Source of the DNA: Fibrobacteria bacterium
GTDB lineage: Bacteria; Fibrobacterota; Fibrobacteria; UBA11236; JADFYW01
Reading direction: 5' to 3'
Assembly: GCA_050294405.1 (NCBI GenBank)
Contig: JBNKOC010000025.1
Location: 64,001-128,000 of the forward strand
DNA length: 64,000 bases
In this document: positions 50,701-59,954 of the stretch, piece by piece
Position numbering within the stretch: the stretch's first letter is position 1
How the letters are laid out: each line of letters begins with the position of its first letter
Made by a program: the position numbers and the translations under genes
Notes under the pieces: model-generated
Seen by the model: only the letters and a program-made list of their open reading frames with translations
What the model was told of the DNA's origin: nothing
Databases searched by the model: none

Positions 50701-51324
50701 ATGTTGAATTATATAGACAACAACGGACGGCCAGATCCCAGCAGGTTTCCCTATCCAAATGACAAGTTAAATTTGGAGCCCACGGAAGCTGTAAAAGCTG
50801 TTGAAGAAAAATTTTCCGAATCCAAAGAAAGAGAGTCCGCTAACGAGGCAGTGTTCTTTCAGGTTTTCAAAAGGGCCAATAATTCGAAAAACAACCAAAA
50901 TTCATTTTTTAAAACCCCCGCTAAAAATATCATGACAAAAAAGGTAGTGACTTTGGAAGCGGATACCAGCATTGAGCAAGCTTGGGAATATTTTAAGAAA
51001 TACAGTTTTAGACATATGCCAGTAGTGGACGCCGACAGTCATGTTATTGGCATGGTTTCATATAAAAGCCTTTCTAAAAATTTGTTTGAATTGGAGCAAA
51101 ATTCGCCTGAAAGGAAAAATCTGGTATCTGAAATCATGATAAGCAACGTGCTCGTATCAAATCCAGATACAGCTCTTAATACTTTGGCTCTTAATCTGAT
51201 TAACAAAAAAATAGGGGCCATGCCCATTGTAGATGCCGAGAATAAGATTAATGGCATAGTCACCCGTAGCGATGTGCTAAAGGCGGTTTTTATTCCAAAT
51301 TCCGCTATAGATTTACGGGTTTAA
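50701..51324 (+). CDS. CBS-domain pair protein with N-terminal extension
   Basis: IMTKKVVTL..FRHMPVVD..GMVS and IMISNV..IGAMPIVD..GIVTRSDVL. Confidence 0.88.
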   Translation: MLNYIDNNGRPDPSRFPYPNDKLNLEPTEAVKAVEEKFSESKERESANEAVFFQVFKRANNSKNNQNSFFKTPAKNIMTKKVVTLEADTSIEQAWEYFKKYSFRHMPVVDADSHVIGMVSYKSLSKNLFELEQNSPERKNLVSEIMISNVLVSNPDTALNTLALNLINKKIGAMPIVDAENKINGIVTRSDVLKAVFIPNSAIDLRV

Positions 51325-51432
51325 AAAGCAACTGACAAAATTCCGCCACGGCAACCTGGCGAAGCAGTTCGATGTTCGTAGCAATCGGATCCAGAGTTTA
51401 TTTTGAGATGAGTTCTAACTATATTTTATAAC

Positions 51433-52305
51433 TTGGAAGCATCCAAGTCTCATAAATGGTACTCAGAGGCGGTATTAAGCAATCGTCTTCATAAACATTG
51501 CCAGGTTCAAGGCAGCCATGTAGCTTATATGGATTGGCCTTGTGATACTGCCAGAGCTGATTTGTGTTTTATTCACGGTTCCGGGGCCCATGGATATTGG
51601 TGGGATCATTTTGTTCCCTTCTTTGCCAAAAATTATTCTCTTCTTGTTCCCGACTTAAGCGGCATGGGCCAAAGCGAACACCGCGGTTTTTATAGCGTGG
51701 ATATTTTTGCCGAGGAAATACAACATATTCATCTTAATGAAAACAGGACAAATAACAATATTTTAATAGGGCATAGCTTGGGTGGTTTTGTGGCTTTAAG
51801 GGCATTACATAATTATCCCGATATTTTTAAAGCTGCCATAATCATTGATAGTCCCGTTGGTCCTCCAGAAAAAGATTGGGAGTTTAATAAGGATAAATCG
51901 CCCATTAAGCCAAAGAAAATATACGGCAGCCGAGAAGATGCTTTGGCGCGTTTTAGGCTAATTCCTCCGCAACCTTGCGAGGAAACGGAAATATTAAATT
52001 ACATTGCTGAAAAATCCATTACTGAGTATAAAAATGGATATAGCTGGAAATACGACGACAAGCTATTTACTCATTTTGAAATGGGAAATAACCCAAAGGT
52101 GTTTCAAGAGGCGGTTGAAAAAGTCAGTTTAATATATGGGGCGAAAAGCCATATAGTGACTGGACATATTAAAGAATATATGATTCCCTATTTAAAAGCC
52201 AGGCGCCGGCCCGTATATTGCCAGGAGGAATCTTACCACCATGTTATTATTGATAGACCCATGGAGTGCATACATAACCTGCAAAAGATTTTAGGGAATC
52301 TTTAA
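51433..52305 (+). CDS. Alpha/beta hydrolase
   Basis: IHGSGAH, PDLSGMGQS, GHSLGG nucleophile, YHHVII catalytic His region; TTG start uncertain. Confidence 0.88.
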   Translation: MEASKSHKWYSEAVLSNRLHKHCQVQGSHVAYMDWPCDTARADLCFIHGSGAHGYWWDHFVPFFAKNYSLLVPDLSGMGQSEHRGFYSVDIFAEEIQHIHLNENRTNNNILIGHSLGGFVALRALHNYPDIFKAAIIIDSPVGPPEKDWEFNKDKSPIKPKKIYGSREDALARFRLIPPQPCEETEILNYIAEKSITEYKNGYSWKYDDKLFTHFEMGNNPKVFQEAVEKVSLIYGAKSHIVTGHIKEYMIPYLKARRRPVYCQEESYHHVIIDRPMECIHNLQKILGNL

Positions 52306-53345
52306 AAAATCCGGCTATTTTTTTCGCTTTGAAAACCCATACAATTATTCACATTTACATAGAATGAATATTGGCTGCCCGGATTGTAATTGGCGGGTGT
52401 TTCAGTTCGAGCCACCAGAGATTTGCCTTTTAAATCCAGATGCAAATAACTGTGGCTGCCTAAGTGCTCCATATATTTTACTTTAGCTGAAATTTCTAAT
52501 TGAACCTGTTGGTGGTTTTTTACTGAAGATACATGTTCGGGCCTGAAGGTTATAGTAGCTCCATTTCCTTTTAGTTTTTCTTCCAGTTCCTTTGGCAATA
52601 AAACCGCATCTGACTCAAGTTTGTTTAATTGGGGATTCCCCATAAAGTCTGCCACAAATAAGTCGGCAGGGTTGTTATATATTTCCAAAGGGGGGCTGCT
52701 TTGGTGGCAAACTCCCAAATTAAATAAAGACACATTATCTCCCAGTGTCATAGCTTCTGTTTGATCATGAGTCACATATACAAAAGTAGCTCCCAATTCC
52801 TGCTGGATTTCTTTGAGCTCAAATCTCATTTGAGTCCTTAGTTTGGCATCAAGATTAGACAGCGGTTCGTCCATTAAATACAGGGCTGGTTTTTTTAAAA
52901 TAGCTCGACCCATGGCCACCCTCTGCCTTTGCCCGCCGGAAATTTCATGGGGAAAACGCGACCAGATATCCTTTATCCCCAGAATTTCGCTTACCCTGGA
53001 AGATTCCTGTTTTATGGTGTCCGAGGGCTCCTTCCTCATTTTCATCCCAAACACAAGGTTTTGATATACATTCATGTGCGGAAATAAAACATAACTTTGA
53101 AACATCATGGCCAAATTGCGCTTTTGAGGAGGCAAATGGTTTTGGACTTCCCCCTTTAAAATAATTTCTCCGGTGTCGGGAAATTCCAAACCGGCAATGA
53201 TTTTTAATAAGGTTGATTTCCCACAACCCGAAGGGCCAATAATTACCGAAAATTCTCCTTTTTCGATTTCCAGCTTAACTTGTTTTAGAGCCTGAACCCC
53301 CCCTGGATATATTTTACTGATATTGTTAATACTTAAAAAAGACAT
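52302..53345 (-). CDS. Sugar ABC transporter ATP-binding protein (MalK/UgpC type)
   Basis: GPSGCGKST, ISGGQRQRVAMGRA, MDEPLSNLDAKLR, YVTHDQTEA; C-terminal TOBE region. Confidence 0.95.
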   Translation of the reverse strand: MSFLSINNISKIYPGGVQALKQVKLEIEKGEFSVIIGPSGCGKSTLLKIIAGLEFPDTGEIILKGEVQNHLPPQKRNLAMMFQSYVLFPHMNVYQNLVFGMKMRKEPSDTIKQESSRVSEILGIKDIWSRFPHEISGGQRQRVAMGRAILKKPALYLMDEPLSNLDAKLRTQMRFELKEIQQELGATFVYVTHDQTEAMTLGDNVSLFNLGVCHQSSPPLEIYNNPADLFVADFMGNPQLNKLESDAVLLPKELEEKLKGNGATITFRPEHVSSVKNHQQVQLEISAKVKYMEHLGSHSYLHLDLKGKSLVARTETPANYNPGSQYSFYVNVNNCMGFQSEKNSRIF

Positions 53346-53347
53346 GG

Positions 53348-54166
53348 TTAATTAATAAAGCTGGATAGGGTGGAACGGAATTGTTTTCTCAAGGCAAAAA
53401 ACAAAATTACAGTGGGGAATATTGAAAACAAAGACCCAACCATTAACATGGCGTAGGGAATCCTCATGCTACCACCGTATAAAGCGCTGAGAGAAATGGT
53501 TAAACTGCGGTTTTCGGCGGAGTTTAAAATAACCATAGGAATAACTTGTTGATGCCAGGACAGTATAAAATGTATCAGGCCATAAGTTAGCAGGGGAGCG
53601 CTAATTAGGGGCAAAATCACCCAAAAAATTTTGTAATCGCTTAAACCTTCCATGCGAGCCATCTGAAATAGATCTTTAGGGATAGATTTAAAAACCTGAG
53701 TAAAATACAGCACTCCGATTCCCGATACGATACCCGGAAAAATAACGCCCCATTTGCTGTCCAAAAGTCCAAGATTATTTAGCCAGGTAAATAAAGGCAA
53801 AATCATAACTTGTTTTGGAATCAAGATAACTAACATAGCCAATAAAAATAACAGGTTTTTGCCTTTAAAGGAATAAACTCCAAATACATATCCTCCAAAA
53901 CTACTTAGCAACAGAGCTCCCAATGTTTCCAAAATGGAAATAAAAAGGGAGTTATAATATTGCCGGAAAAAAGGAATCCATTTACCGCTAAAAACTTCTG
54001 TGTAATATTGAAAAGAAAAAGATTGCGGCAATAAGGGAAAAGGAGTGAAAATTTCCAGATTGTTTTTAAAAGTGGCGAAAAACATCCAGATAAAAGGGAA
54101 AAAGAAAAAAAGTCCCACTATGAAGGCTGTGAATATAAGTGAATATTTTTGAATATTTAATTTCAT
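53348..54166 (-). CDS. Carbohydrate ABC transporter permease (MalG type)
   Basis: FPFIWMFFATFK, YYNSL, EAA-like IPKDLFQMARMEG; six TMs. Confidence 0.92.
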   Translation of the reverse strand: MKLNIQKYSLIFTAFIVGLFFFFPFIWMFFATFKNNLEIFTPFPLLPQSFSFQYYTEVFSGKWIPFFRQYYNSLFISILETLGALLLSSFGGYVFGVYSFKGKNLLFLLAMLVILIPKQVMILPLFTWLNNLGLLDSKWGVIFPGIVSGIGVLYFTQVFKSIPKDLFQMARMEGLSDYKIFWVILPLISAPLLTYGLIHFILSWHQQVIPMVILNSAENRSLTISLSALYGGSMRIPYAMLMVGSLFSIFPTVILFFALRKQFRSTLSSFIN

Positions 54167-54174
54167 TTAGGCGG

Positions 54175-55074
54175 TTATTTTGATTTTTTGTTTTTCCATA
54201 ACATATTCGACAAGATTAAAAGAGAAATTAAAAAAGGAACCAGAAAAAAACTGATAGCAGCCGAATAGCCAAATTTGCCCAATGTAAAGGCGTTGTAATA
54301 CGAGTAAGATACGAGCAATAGCCCGGCATCTGCGGTGCCTCCAGAGCTTCCTAATAACACATAGGCTCCCTGAAATAACACAAAGGCGTCCAGGAAAAGC
54401 ACAATGGCGCTAAATATTAAAACCCTTTTCAAAAGGGGAAGGGTTAGGTAAATAAAATTATTCCAACCTGAAGCCCCTTCTAATCTGGAAACATGGTAAT
54501 AGTTTTTAGGGATAGCTCTTAAACCGGATAAAATAAAAAGGGTTATGATGCCGCTCCACCTCCAGATAGCCTGTAAAATCAAGGATAGCTTTATCATTTT
54601 AGGATCTTTTATCCAATCAATAGTTTCCAGCCCAAAGGGATAAACCAGCAAATTATTGAGTATTCCATAACGGCCATTAAAAATCAGCAGAAATAAGAAT
54701 CCCAAAACCAGCGGAGGGCTAAGCCCAGGAATAAGAAACATATAGCTTATTATGTTGCTTATGCGTTCGGGTATTTTTTCCAATAGCACGGCCAGGGCAA
54801 TGGCGATGGGAATAATGCTAACTAAGGTTCCAGCAGTATATATAACAGTGTTTTGAAGAGCGAGCCAAAAGCGCTCGTCTTTAAAAAGTATAAGGTAATG
54901 CTCCAGCCCTACAAAATGGGGCTTTTCAAATAAGCTATCCGATTGAAAACTTAAATAAAACCCTTTGATTAGGGGGATTAACCAAAATGTTATGTATGCT
55001 AAAAAAAAAGGAGCTAAATACCAATATGGAGTGCGTATTAATTTTGGAGCTTTTATATTGGATTCGTTTCCTAT
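54175..55074 (-). CDS. Carbohydrate ABC transporter permease (MalF/UgpA type); start codon non-canonical or frameshifted
   Basis: My translation of the frame upstream of the track's GTG 54789 gives YWYLAPFF..PLIKGFYLSF..FVGLEHY..DERFWLALQNT; the frame is open to a TAG at 55135-55137; EAA-like IPKNYYHVSRLEGAS. Confidence 0.85.
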   Translation of the reverse strand: MGNESNIKAPKLIRTPYWYLAPFFLAYITFWLIPLIKGFYLSFQSDSLFEKPHFVGLEHYLILFKDERFWLALQNTVIYTAGTLVSIIPIAIALAVLLEKIPERISNIISYMFLIPGLSPPLVLGFLFLLIFNGRYGILNNLLVYPFGLETIDWIKDPKMIKLSLILQAIWRWSGIITLFILSGLRAIPKNYYHVSRLEGASGWNNFIYLTLPLLKRVLIFSAIVLFLDAFVLFQGAYVLLGSSGGTADAGLLLVSYSYYNAFTLGKFGYSAAISFFLVPFLISLLILSNMLWKNKKSK

Positions 55075-55118
55075 GTGAACATCCCCCAGGGCAGCTCTAA
55101 AAATTTTCCTCTTTTTGT

Positions 55119-55153
55119 TTTTCCAGTGAGGGAGCTAAATCCTCACTGGAAAA
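55119..55153. other. Perfect 13-bp intercistronic stem-loop after the solute-binding protein gene
   Basis: TTTTCCAGTGAGG-9 nt-CCTCACTGGAAAA; no U-tract on the coding (minus) strand. Confidence 0.75.
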
Positions 55154-55158
55154 CTAAA

Positions 55159-56454
55159 TTATTTATAAGCCCCTTTGGGATCTTTAAGAGCGTTAGAAAT
55201 TTCTTCCAAGAGTTTTTTTGGAGTAATGGAATCGCTTACAAGCTGCTGCCAGTATTTTTCACGCAATAAATTTACCACTAAAGCTTTTACTGGGGACTGG
55301 TTTTGTGCAGGAATGTTATTGGCCAGTTCTATCATTAGGTTGCCCAAGGATTGACCGCCAAAAGCTTTGTCTTTTTTGCTAAAACGCAAATCCACCCAGG
55401 CAGGGCGAAAGGGAGTAAAGCTGTTGCCTTGCAAATACCTTTCCACGTTGGCATCAATATCAGTCATTACCCACTCCATGAATTTCCAACTGTCTTCAAT
55501 GGCCTTGCTGTTTTTGTAAATCATCAATCCCTGACCTGAAAAAGTGGAGGTATTGCGTTGGTTGTTTGATTTTTTATCGGTCCATTTGGGCAGAGGCATA
55601 GCGGCCCATTTACCTTTGATTTCCTGGGGGGACATGCTTTGAATCATATCAAGTCCATACCAATCGGCTGCCATGATGCACAAAATCTCATTATTGACCA
55701 CATCGCCAGCAAAAAAAGAAGGGTCGTAAATACTTCCCCTGTCGGGGTTACGGCCATTGCCATCTTTGATAAACTTCTGAATCCATTCCAATGTTTCCAA
55801 AACAATGGGGTCATCAAAATTTGGGGAGCCATCTTTTTTAAATAAGTCGCTACCCCTTTGTTTTACCAGTATTTCCCAATAGGACCAGTCCATGGCGAGC
55901 ATAGCCTGATTGGGCTTTTTAATTTTTTGGCCGGCCTGAATAAACTTATCCCAGGTGTCCAGGGCTTCGGGCGCAAATCCAAATTCTGAAAATAAATCGC
56001 TGCGGTAAAAAATAACCACGCCGCTTACAGACTGAGGCAAGCCATAGGTTTTTCCGTTAAAGGAAAATAGTCCAAGGCGCTGAGGCAGTATGCCCTCATC
56101 TAACTTGGCTTTTTTAATGCGATCGCTCAGCTCTAAAAAAGGGACTTCATGGGCAAGGTACATGCTAAAAAACATTTCGTCCATTTGCACAATATCCGGT
56201 GTGTTTACTCCCGATTTAATGGCAACGGCAAGTTTATCTGGCATTTCCATAAAACCAAAGGATTTGATATTGGCTTTAAAATTTTTGTCTACCTTTTTTT
56301 GGTACAGAGCCACCATGTTCTGATAATATTTTTGATCCGTAAAAGAATTAACCCAGATTTCGAGGGGCTTTTTGGCGGCAAGGCTGCTGCTTAAAAATGG
56401 AAATACCGTTAAAAAAACAAGTAAGGCTGCAGGTATTCTTAAAGGTGGAATCAT
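55159..56454 (-). CDS. Carbohydrate ABC transporter substrate-binding protein
   Basis: Signal peptide, PDIVQMD, GKTYGLP, FYRSDLF, GKWAAMPLP, SWKFMEW. Confidence 0.9.
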   Translation of the reverse strand: MIPPLRIPAALLVFLTVFPFLSSSLAAKKPLEIWVNSFTDQKYYQNMVALYQKKVDKNFKANIKSFGFMEMPDKLAVAIKSGVNTPDIVQMDEMFFSMYLAHEVPFLELSDRIKKAKLDEGILPQRLGLFSFNGKTYGLPQSVSGVVIFYRSDLFSEFGFAPEALDTWDKFIQAGQKIKKPNQAMLAMDWSYWEILVKQRGSDLFKKDGSPNFDDPIVLETLEWIQKFIKDGNGRNPDRGSIYDPSFFAGDVVNNEILCIMAADWYGLDMIQSMSPQEIKGKWAAMPLPKWTDKKSNNQRNTSTFSGQGLMIYKNSKAIEDSWKFMEWVMTDIDANVERYLQGNSFTPFRPAWVDLRFSKKDKAFGGQSLGNLMIELANNIPAQNQSPVKALVVNLLREKYWQQLVSDSITPKKLLEEISNALKDPKGAYK

Positions 56455-56581
56455 TTGGCTTTCTCCAGTTAAGGACTTATTATTTGAAATAACAAAATAT
56501 TACTTAAATTTCGAGTCAAAGAATACTTAAGAGCTTCCCATTATGCCAGGAATTATTAAACCTAAGCCAGGAAATTTCAAT

Positions 56582-57247
56582 ATGCGGGTTTTGGTCCAAT
56601 TTGCCTTAATTTTTAGTCTTTTTTCCACATTTACCCAGGCAGAAGAAAAAAGAAAATTGCCCATTCCCCGATTTGTAGCAGGGGAGGCATTAACCGTGGT
56701 GGTGCATGGCGATTCCACAGCCGTGGTGAATAAGGGTTATCCAATTAATACCGAAGGTTTTATTGATATCCCTTACATTGGCAATATTTTTGTAACGGAT
56801 AAATCCCCGGATGAATTAGCCAGCTATTTAAGCGAAAAGTTAGCTCCTTTTTTACGGGACACCCACATCAGCGTTTATCCAGCAATTCGCGTTAGTTTTA
56901 TTGGGCATTTTACTGCGCCCGGCCTTCATTACATTGACCCCGATAAAGTGGTTTGGGATGCTTTCCACAAAGTTGCCGGTCCTCTCACTGAGCAAACTTT
57001 AGAAGAAATTAAGGTGATGCGAGGCGATAGGGAGCTTGCCATTAATGCCTGGGAAATTTTTTCTAAGGGTGTTACTCTTCGTGAAGCTGGAATAGTTTCC
57101 GGTGATTATTTTGTGCTTCCCACTCCAAACGAGCGGGATTTCTGGTATTATTTTCGCGATGCCGTATCTATCACAAGTACTTTAGTTTCAGCCATTGCCA
57201 GCGTAGTTACCGTTTATCTTTTAATTAATAACGAAGCAAACCAATAA
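56582..57247 (+). CDS. Polysaccharide export protein (Poly_export + SLBB, Wza-like)
   Basis: GEALTVVV, INTEGFIDIPYIG, GHFTAPG, LREAGIVSGD, amphipathic C-terminal helix; track start 56543. Confidence 0.78.
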   Translation: MRVLVQFALIFSLFSTFTQAEEKRKLPIPRFVAGEALTVVVHGDSTAVVNKGYPINTEGFIDIPYIGNIFVTDKSPDELASYLSEKLAPFLRDTHISVYPAIRVSFIGHFTAPGLHYIDPDKVVWDAFHKVAGPLTEQTLEEIKVMRGDRELAINAWEIFSKGVTLREAGIVSGDYFVLPTPNERDFWYYFRDAVSITSTLVSAIASVVTVYLLINNEANQ

Positions 57248-57287
57248 CTTCCCTATTTCTTTTTGCGGGAATTGATATAATATTTCC

Positions 57288-58562
57288 ATGCGTCTGAGAA
57301 GATTGTGGTCGGCCCTGGCCTTCGTTTATTCGGCTTTTGTTTTTTACGGCACCCTATTTCCCTTTGTATTTAACGGCTATTTGTACCAGCGCCCAAAAGA
57401 AGGCCTGTATCCATTTTATTGGATTTTTACTCTGGGGGAATACAATGGTAGGGCGGATATTGTGGCCAACATTATTTTCTTTATTCCTCTTGGTTATTTT
57501 TTAGGAAAGTTGCTCTATGGCTTTCCCAAGCTTATCCTTTTTTTAATAGGGGGATTTTACTGTTTTTTTTTAACGGGGTTGGTGGAGTATTTGCAATTGT
57601 ACGTTCCCCACAGGCACACTTCGGTTCTGGATATTATCACGAATATCGGCGGAGGAATTTTAGGGCTGGTTTTTGCCAGTTACCTTAAAACGCCGCATCT
57701 TCTGGCAGGAGCCAAAAGGCAATTTCGCCAGCTTCTTTCCTCCCGTTGGGTGATACCCATGTTTGGAGTATTTATTCTGGTAATTTGCGAAGGACTTCAG
57801 CCTTTTAATTTTTCATTAAAGTTTGATTATATCCAATTTAAAATGAAACACTTTTGGCCCAGTAATTTTCCTGCCGGATACCTAATATTGCTTGCAAGAT
57901 ATGGGGCCGTTTTTGCGATGGCATCGGCCATTGCCAGCGCCTGGCTTTATGAAGCCAAGGTTAAAAGGCCAGCCTTAAAGGGCTTTTTAATGATGGCCAT
58001 GTTAGGCTCATTTCTTGAGTTTTTCCAGATATTGGTTTTATCCAGAATTCCAGGATGGCCAGAATTAATTCTCCTCAATTTGGCCTCTGCCTTTGGAAGC
58101 CTGGTGTTTTTATATATGCCGCAAAAAAAAATATGGGCCACAATTCCCTTTTGGTTACTCATAGGCTTTGCTGTGGCGGAGCTTTTCAGCGCTTCCAATA
58201 TTATCAATATGGATGTATATAGACTAAGGCCTATAAGGCAATATATGATTACCAGCTGGGCCACCACAAGAATGAGCTCCTGGATAAATCATTTAAGCCT
58301 TTTTTTCTTTTTAGGACTGATTGTTCCTTACTTTATTTATCGATTTCGCATTTCTCCCAAACTAAGCCTGGTGAATATTGCTTCCTTTGGCTTTGGCTTT
58401 TTGTTCACTGCCATAAGCCTAACCAAATTTTCCCCTATACAAAGCTCGTTTCGCTTTTTGTTTCCATTGGTGGGTTCTGCAGTTGGCTTTGCAATTTTTA
58501 TCTGGTCCTTGGGAATGCTCAAGGAGCTTCATAGGGCCAGACAAAAAAGCTCTTTGAATTAA
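57288..58562 (+). CDS. VanZ-family polytopic membrane protein (apparently duplicated VanZ unit)
   Basis: DIVANIIFFIPLG, VEYLQLYVPHRHTSVLDIITN; second LEFFQILVLSR motif. Confidence 0.8.
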   Translation: MRLRRLWSALAFVYSAFVFYGTLFPFVFNGYLYQRPKEGLYPFYWIFTLGEYNGRADIVANIIFFIPLGYFLGKLLYGFPKLILFLIGGFYCFFLTGLVEYLQLYVPHRHTSVLDIITNIGGGILGLVFASYLKTPHLLAGAKRQFRQLLSSRWVIPMFGVFILVICEGLQPFNFSLKFDYIQFKMKHFWPSNFPAGYLILLARYGAVFAMASAIASAWLYEAKVKRPALKGFLMMAMLGSFLEFFQILVLSRIPGWPELILLNLASAFGSLVFLYMPQKKIWATIPFWLLIGFAVAELFSASNIINMDVYRLRPIRQYMITSWATTRMSSWINHLSLFFFLGLIVPYFIYRFRISPKLSLVNIASFGFGFLFTAISLTKFSPIQSSFRFLFPLVGSAVGFAIFIWSLGMLKELHRARQKSSLN

Positions 58563-58572
58563 AAATTGGGGT

Positions 58573-59886
58573 TTATAAGCCCCAATAATCAAAGCCATTT
58601 TTAACAGCCTCTTCCCTTGGAAAAAGGCGTTTTACATCCACTATTATCGGTGTAATACCGGGTTTGTAAAATGATTTTATTTTTTCAAAAGAATAATCTT
58701 TAAATTCATCGTGGGCAGTGGCTACAACTAATGCGGAGCATGGCTGAATTTTTTCCATAGGAGTTAATTCAATGCCGTATTCGTGTTTTACCTCTTTTGG
58801 ATCTGCCCAGGGGTCTGCAACTTCCACATTCACATTATATGTTTTGAGTTCATCTATAATATCAGTAACTCTGGTATTGCGAATGTCTGCCACATTTTCT
58901 TTAAAAGTAAGGCCTAAAACCAACACGGTTTCGTTTTTAATGGCGATGCCCTGGCGAATCATGGATTTAATACATTGGTCCGCAATAACTTTACCCATGC
59001 TGTCATTGATGCGGCGGCCAGCTAAAATAACTTCGGGGTTGTAACCCACTTCTTTTGCCTTATGGGTTAAATAATAAGGGTCCACACCAATACAGTGGCC
59101 TCCCACCAATCCTGGAGAGAACTTTAAAAAGTTCCATTTGGTCCCAGCGGCTTCCAGCACTTCTTTAGTGTCGATATTCAGTTTGTTAAAAATAATGGAG
59201 AGCTCATTCATCAAGGCAATGTTTAAATCCCTTTGGGTGTTTTCGATTACCTTGGCCGCTTCAGCCACTTTAATACTGCTGGCTCTATGGACTCCGGGTA
59301 TTACCACCAATTCATAAACCTTTGCGACCACATCCAGGGTTTGAGCATCTTCCGCACTAACGATTTTTAAAATTCTTTCCAGGGTGTGCTCCCTGTCTCC
59401 CGGATTTATTCTCTCAGGAGAATAACCCAGCTTAAAATCCACTCCGCATTTAAGGCCGGAATGTTTTTCCAGTTCAGGCCCACATACATCTTCTGTAACT
59501 CCGGGATAAACAGTGGATTCAAAAACCACGATGCTGCCCTTGCTGAGGTTTTCACCCACAGTTTTAGAGGCCTTAACAAGAGGGGTTAAATCCGGATTTT
59601 GGGCGCCATCAATGGGGGTGGGTACTGCCACAATGATAAACTTTGCTTCTTTTAATCGGAAAGGGTCGGCAGTGTAGTCCACTGTGGTGGCCTTTAACTC
59701 TTCTTCAGTTAGCTCTTCAGAAGGGTCTTGGTTGTTATGCAACATTTCCACCCGGGCAGGATTAATATCAAAGCCGATGGTTTTGATTTTTTTACCTAAT
59801 GCCACAGCCAAGGGAAGGCCAACATAGCCCAATCCAACTACAGCCACTGCTGTTTTTTTCTCTTTTATTTCCTCAAAAATGCTCAT
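58573..59886 (-). CDS. Nucleotide-sugar dehydrogenase (UDP-GlcNAc/GalNAc 6-dehydrogenase, TviB/WbpO type)
   Basis: GLGYVGLP, ESTVYPG, YSPERINPG, KVIENTQRD, GGHCIGVDP, GLTFKEN. Confidence 0.94.
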   Translation of the reverse strand: MSIFEEIKEKKTAVAVVGLGYVGLPLAVALGKKIKTIGFDINPARVEMLHNNQDPSEELTEEELKATTVDYTADPFRLKEAKFIIVAVPTPIDGAQNPDLTPLVKASKTVGENLSKGSIVVFESTVYPGVTEDVCGPELEKHSGLKCGVDFKLGYSPERINPGDREHTLERILKIVSAEDAQTLDVVAKVYELVVIPGVHRASSIKVAEAAKVIENTQRDLNIALMNELSIIFNKLNIDTKEVLEAAGTKWNFLKFSPGLVGGHCIGVDPYYLTHKAKEVGYNPEVILAGRRINDSMGKVIADQCIKSMIRQGIAIKNETVLVLGLTFKENVADIRNTRVTDIIDELKTYNVNVEVADPWADPKEVKHEYGIELTPMEKIQPCSALVVATAHDEFKDYSFEKIKSFYKPGITPIIVDVKRLFPREEAVKNGFDYWGL

Positions 59887-59954
59887 AAGTTACTTCTCTC
59901 TTAAAAGAATAATTTCAATGTAATATGGTGAGTTCAGCTTAGCAAGATTTTAAC

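Noticed and set aside
51344..51365. SAM-I riboswitch suggested by CGGCAACC
   Set aside because: No upstream ATC..AGAG P1/P2 core, no downstream GGTGC, and no methionine-related gene follows.
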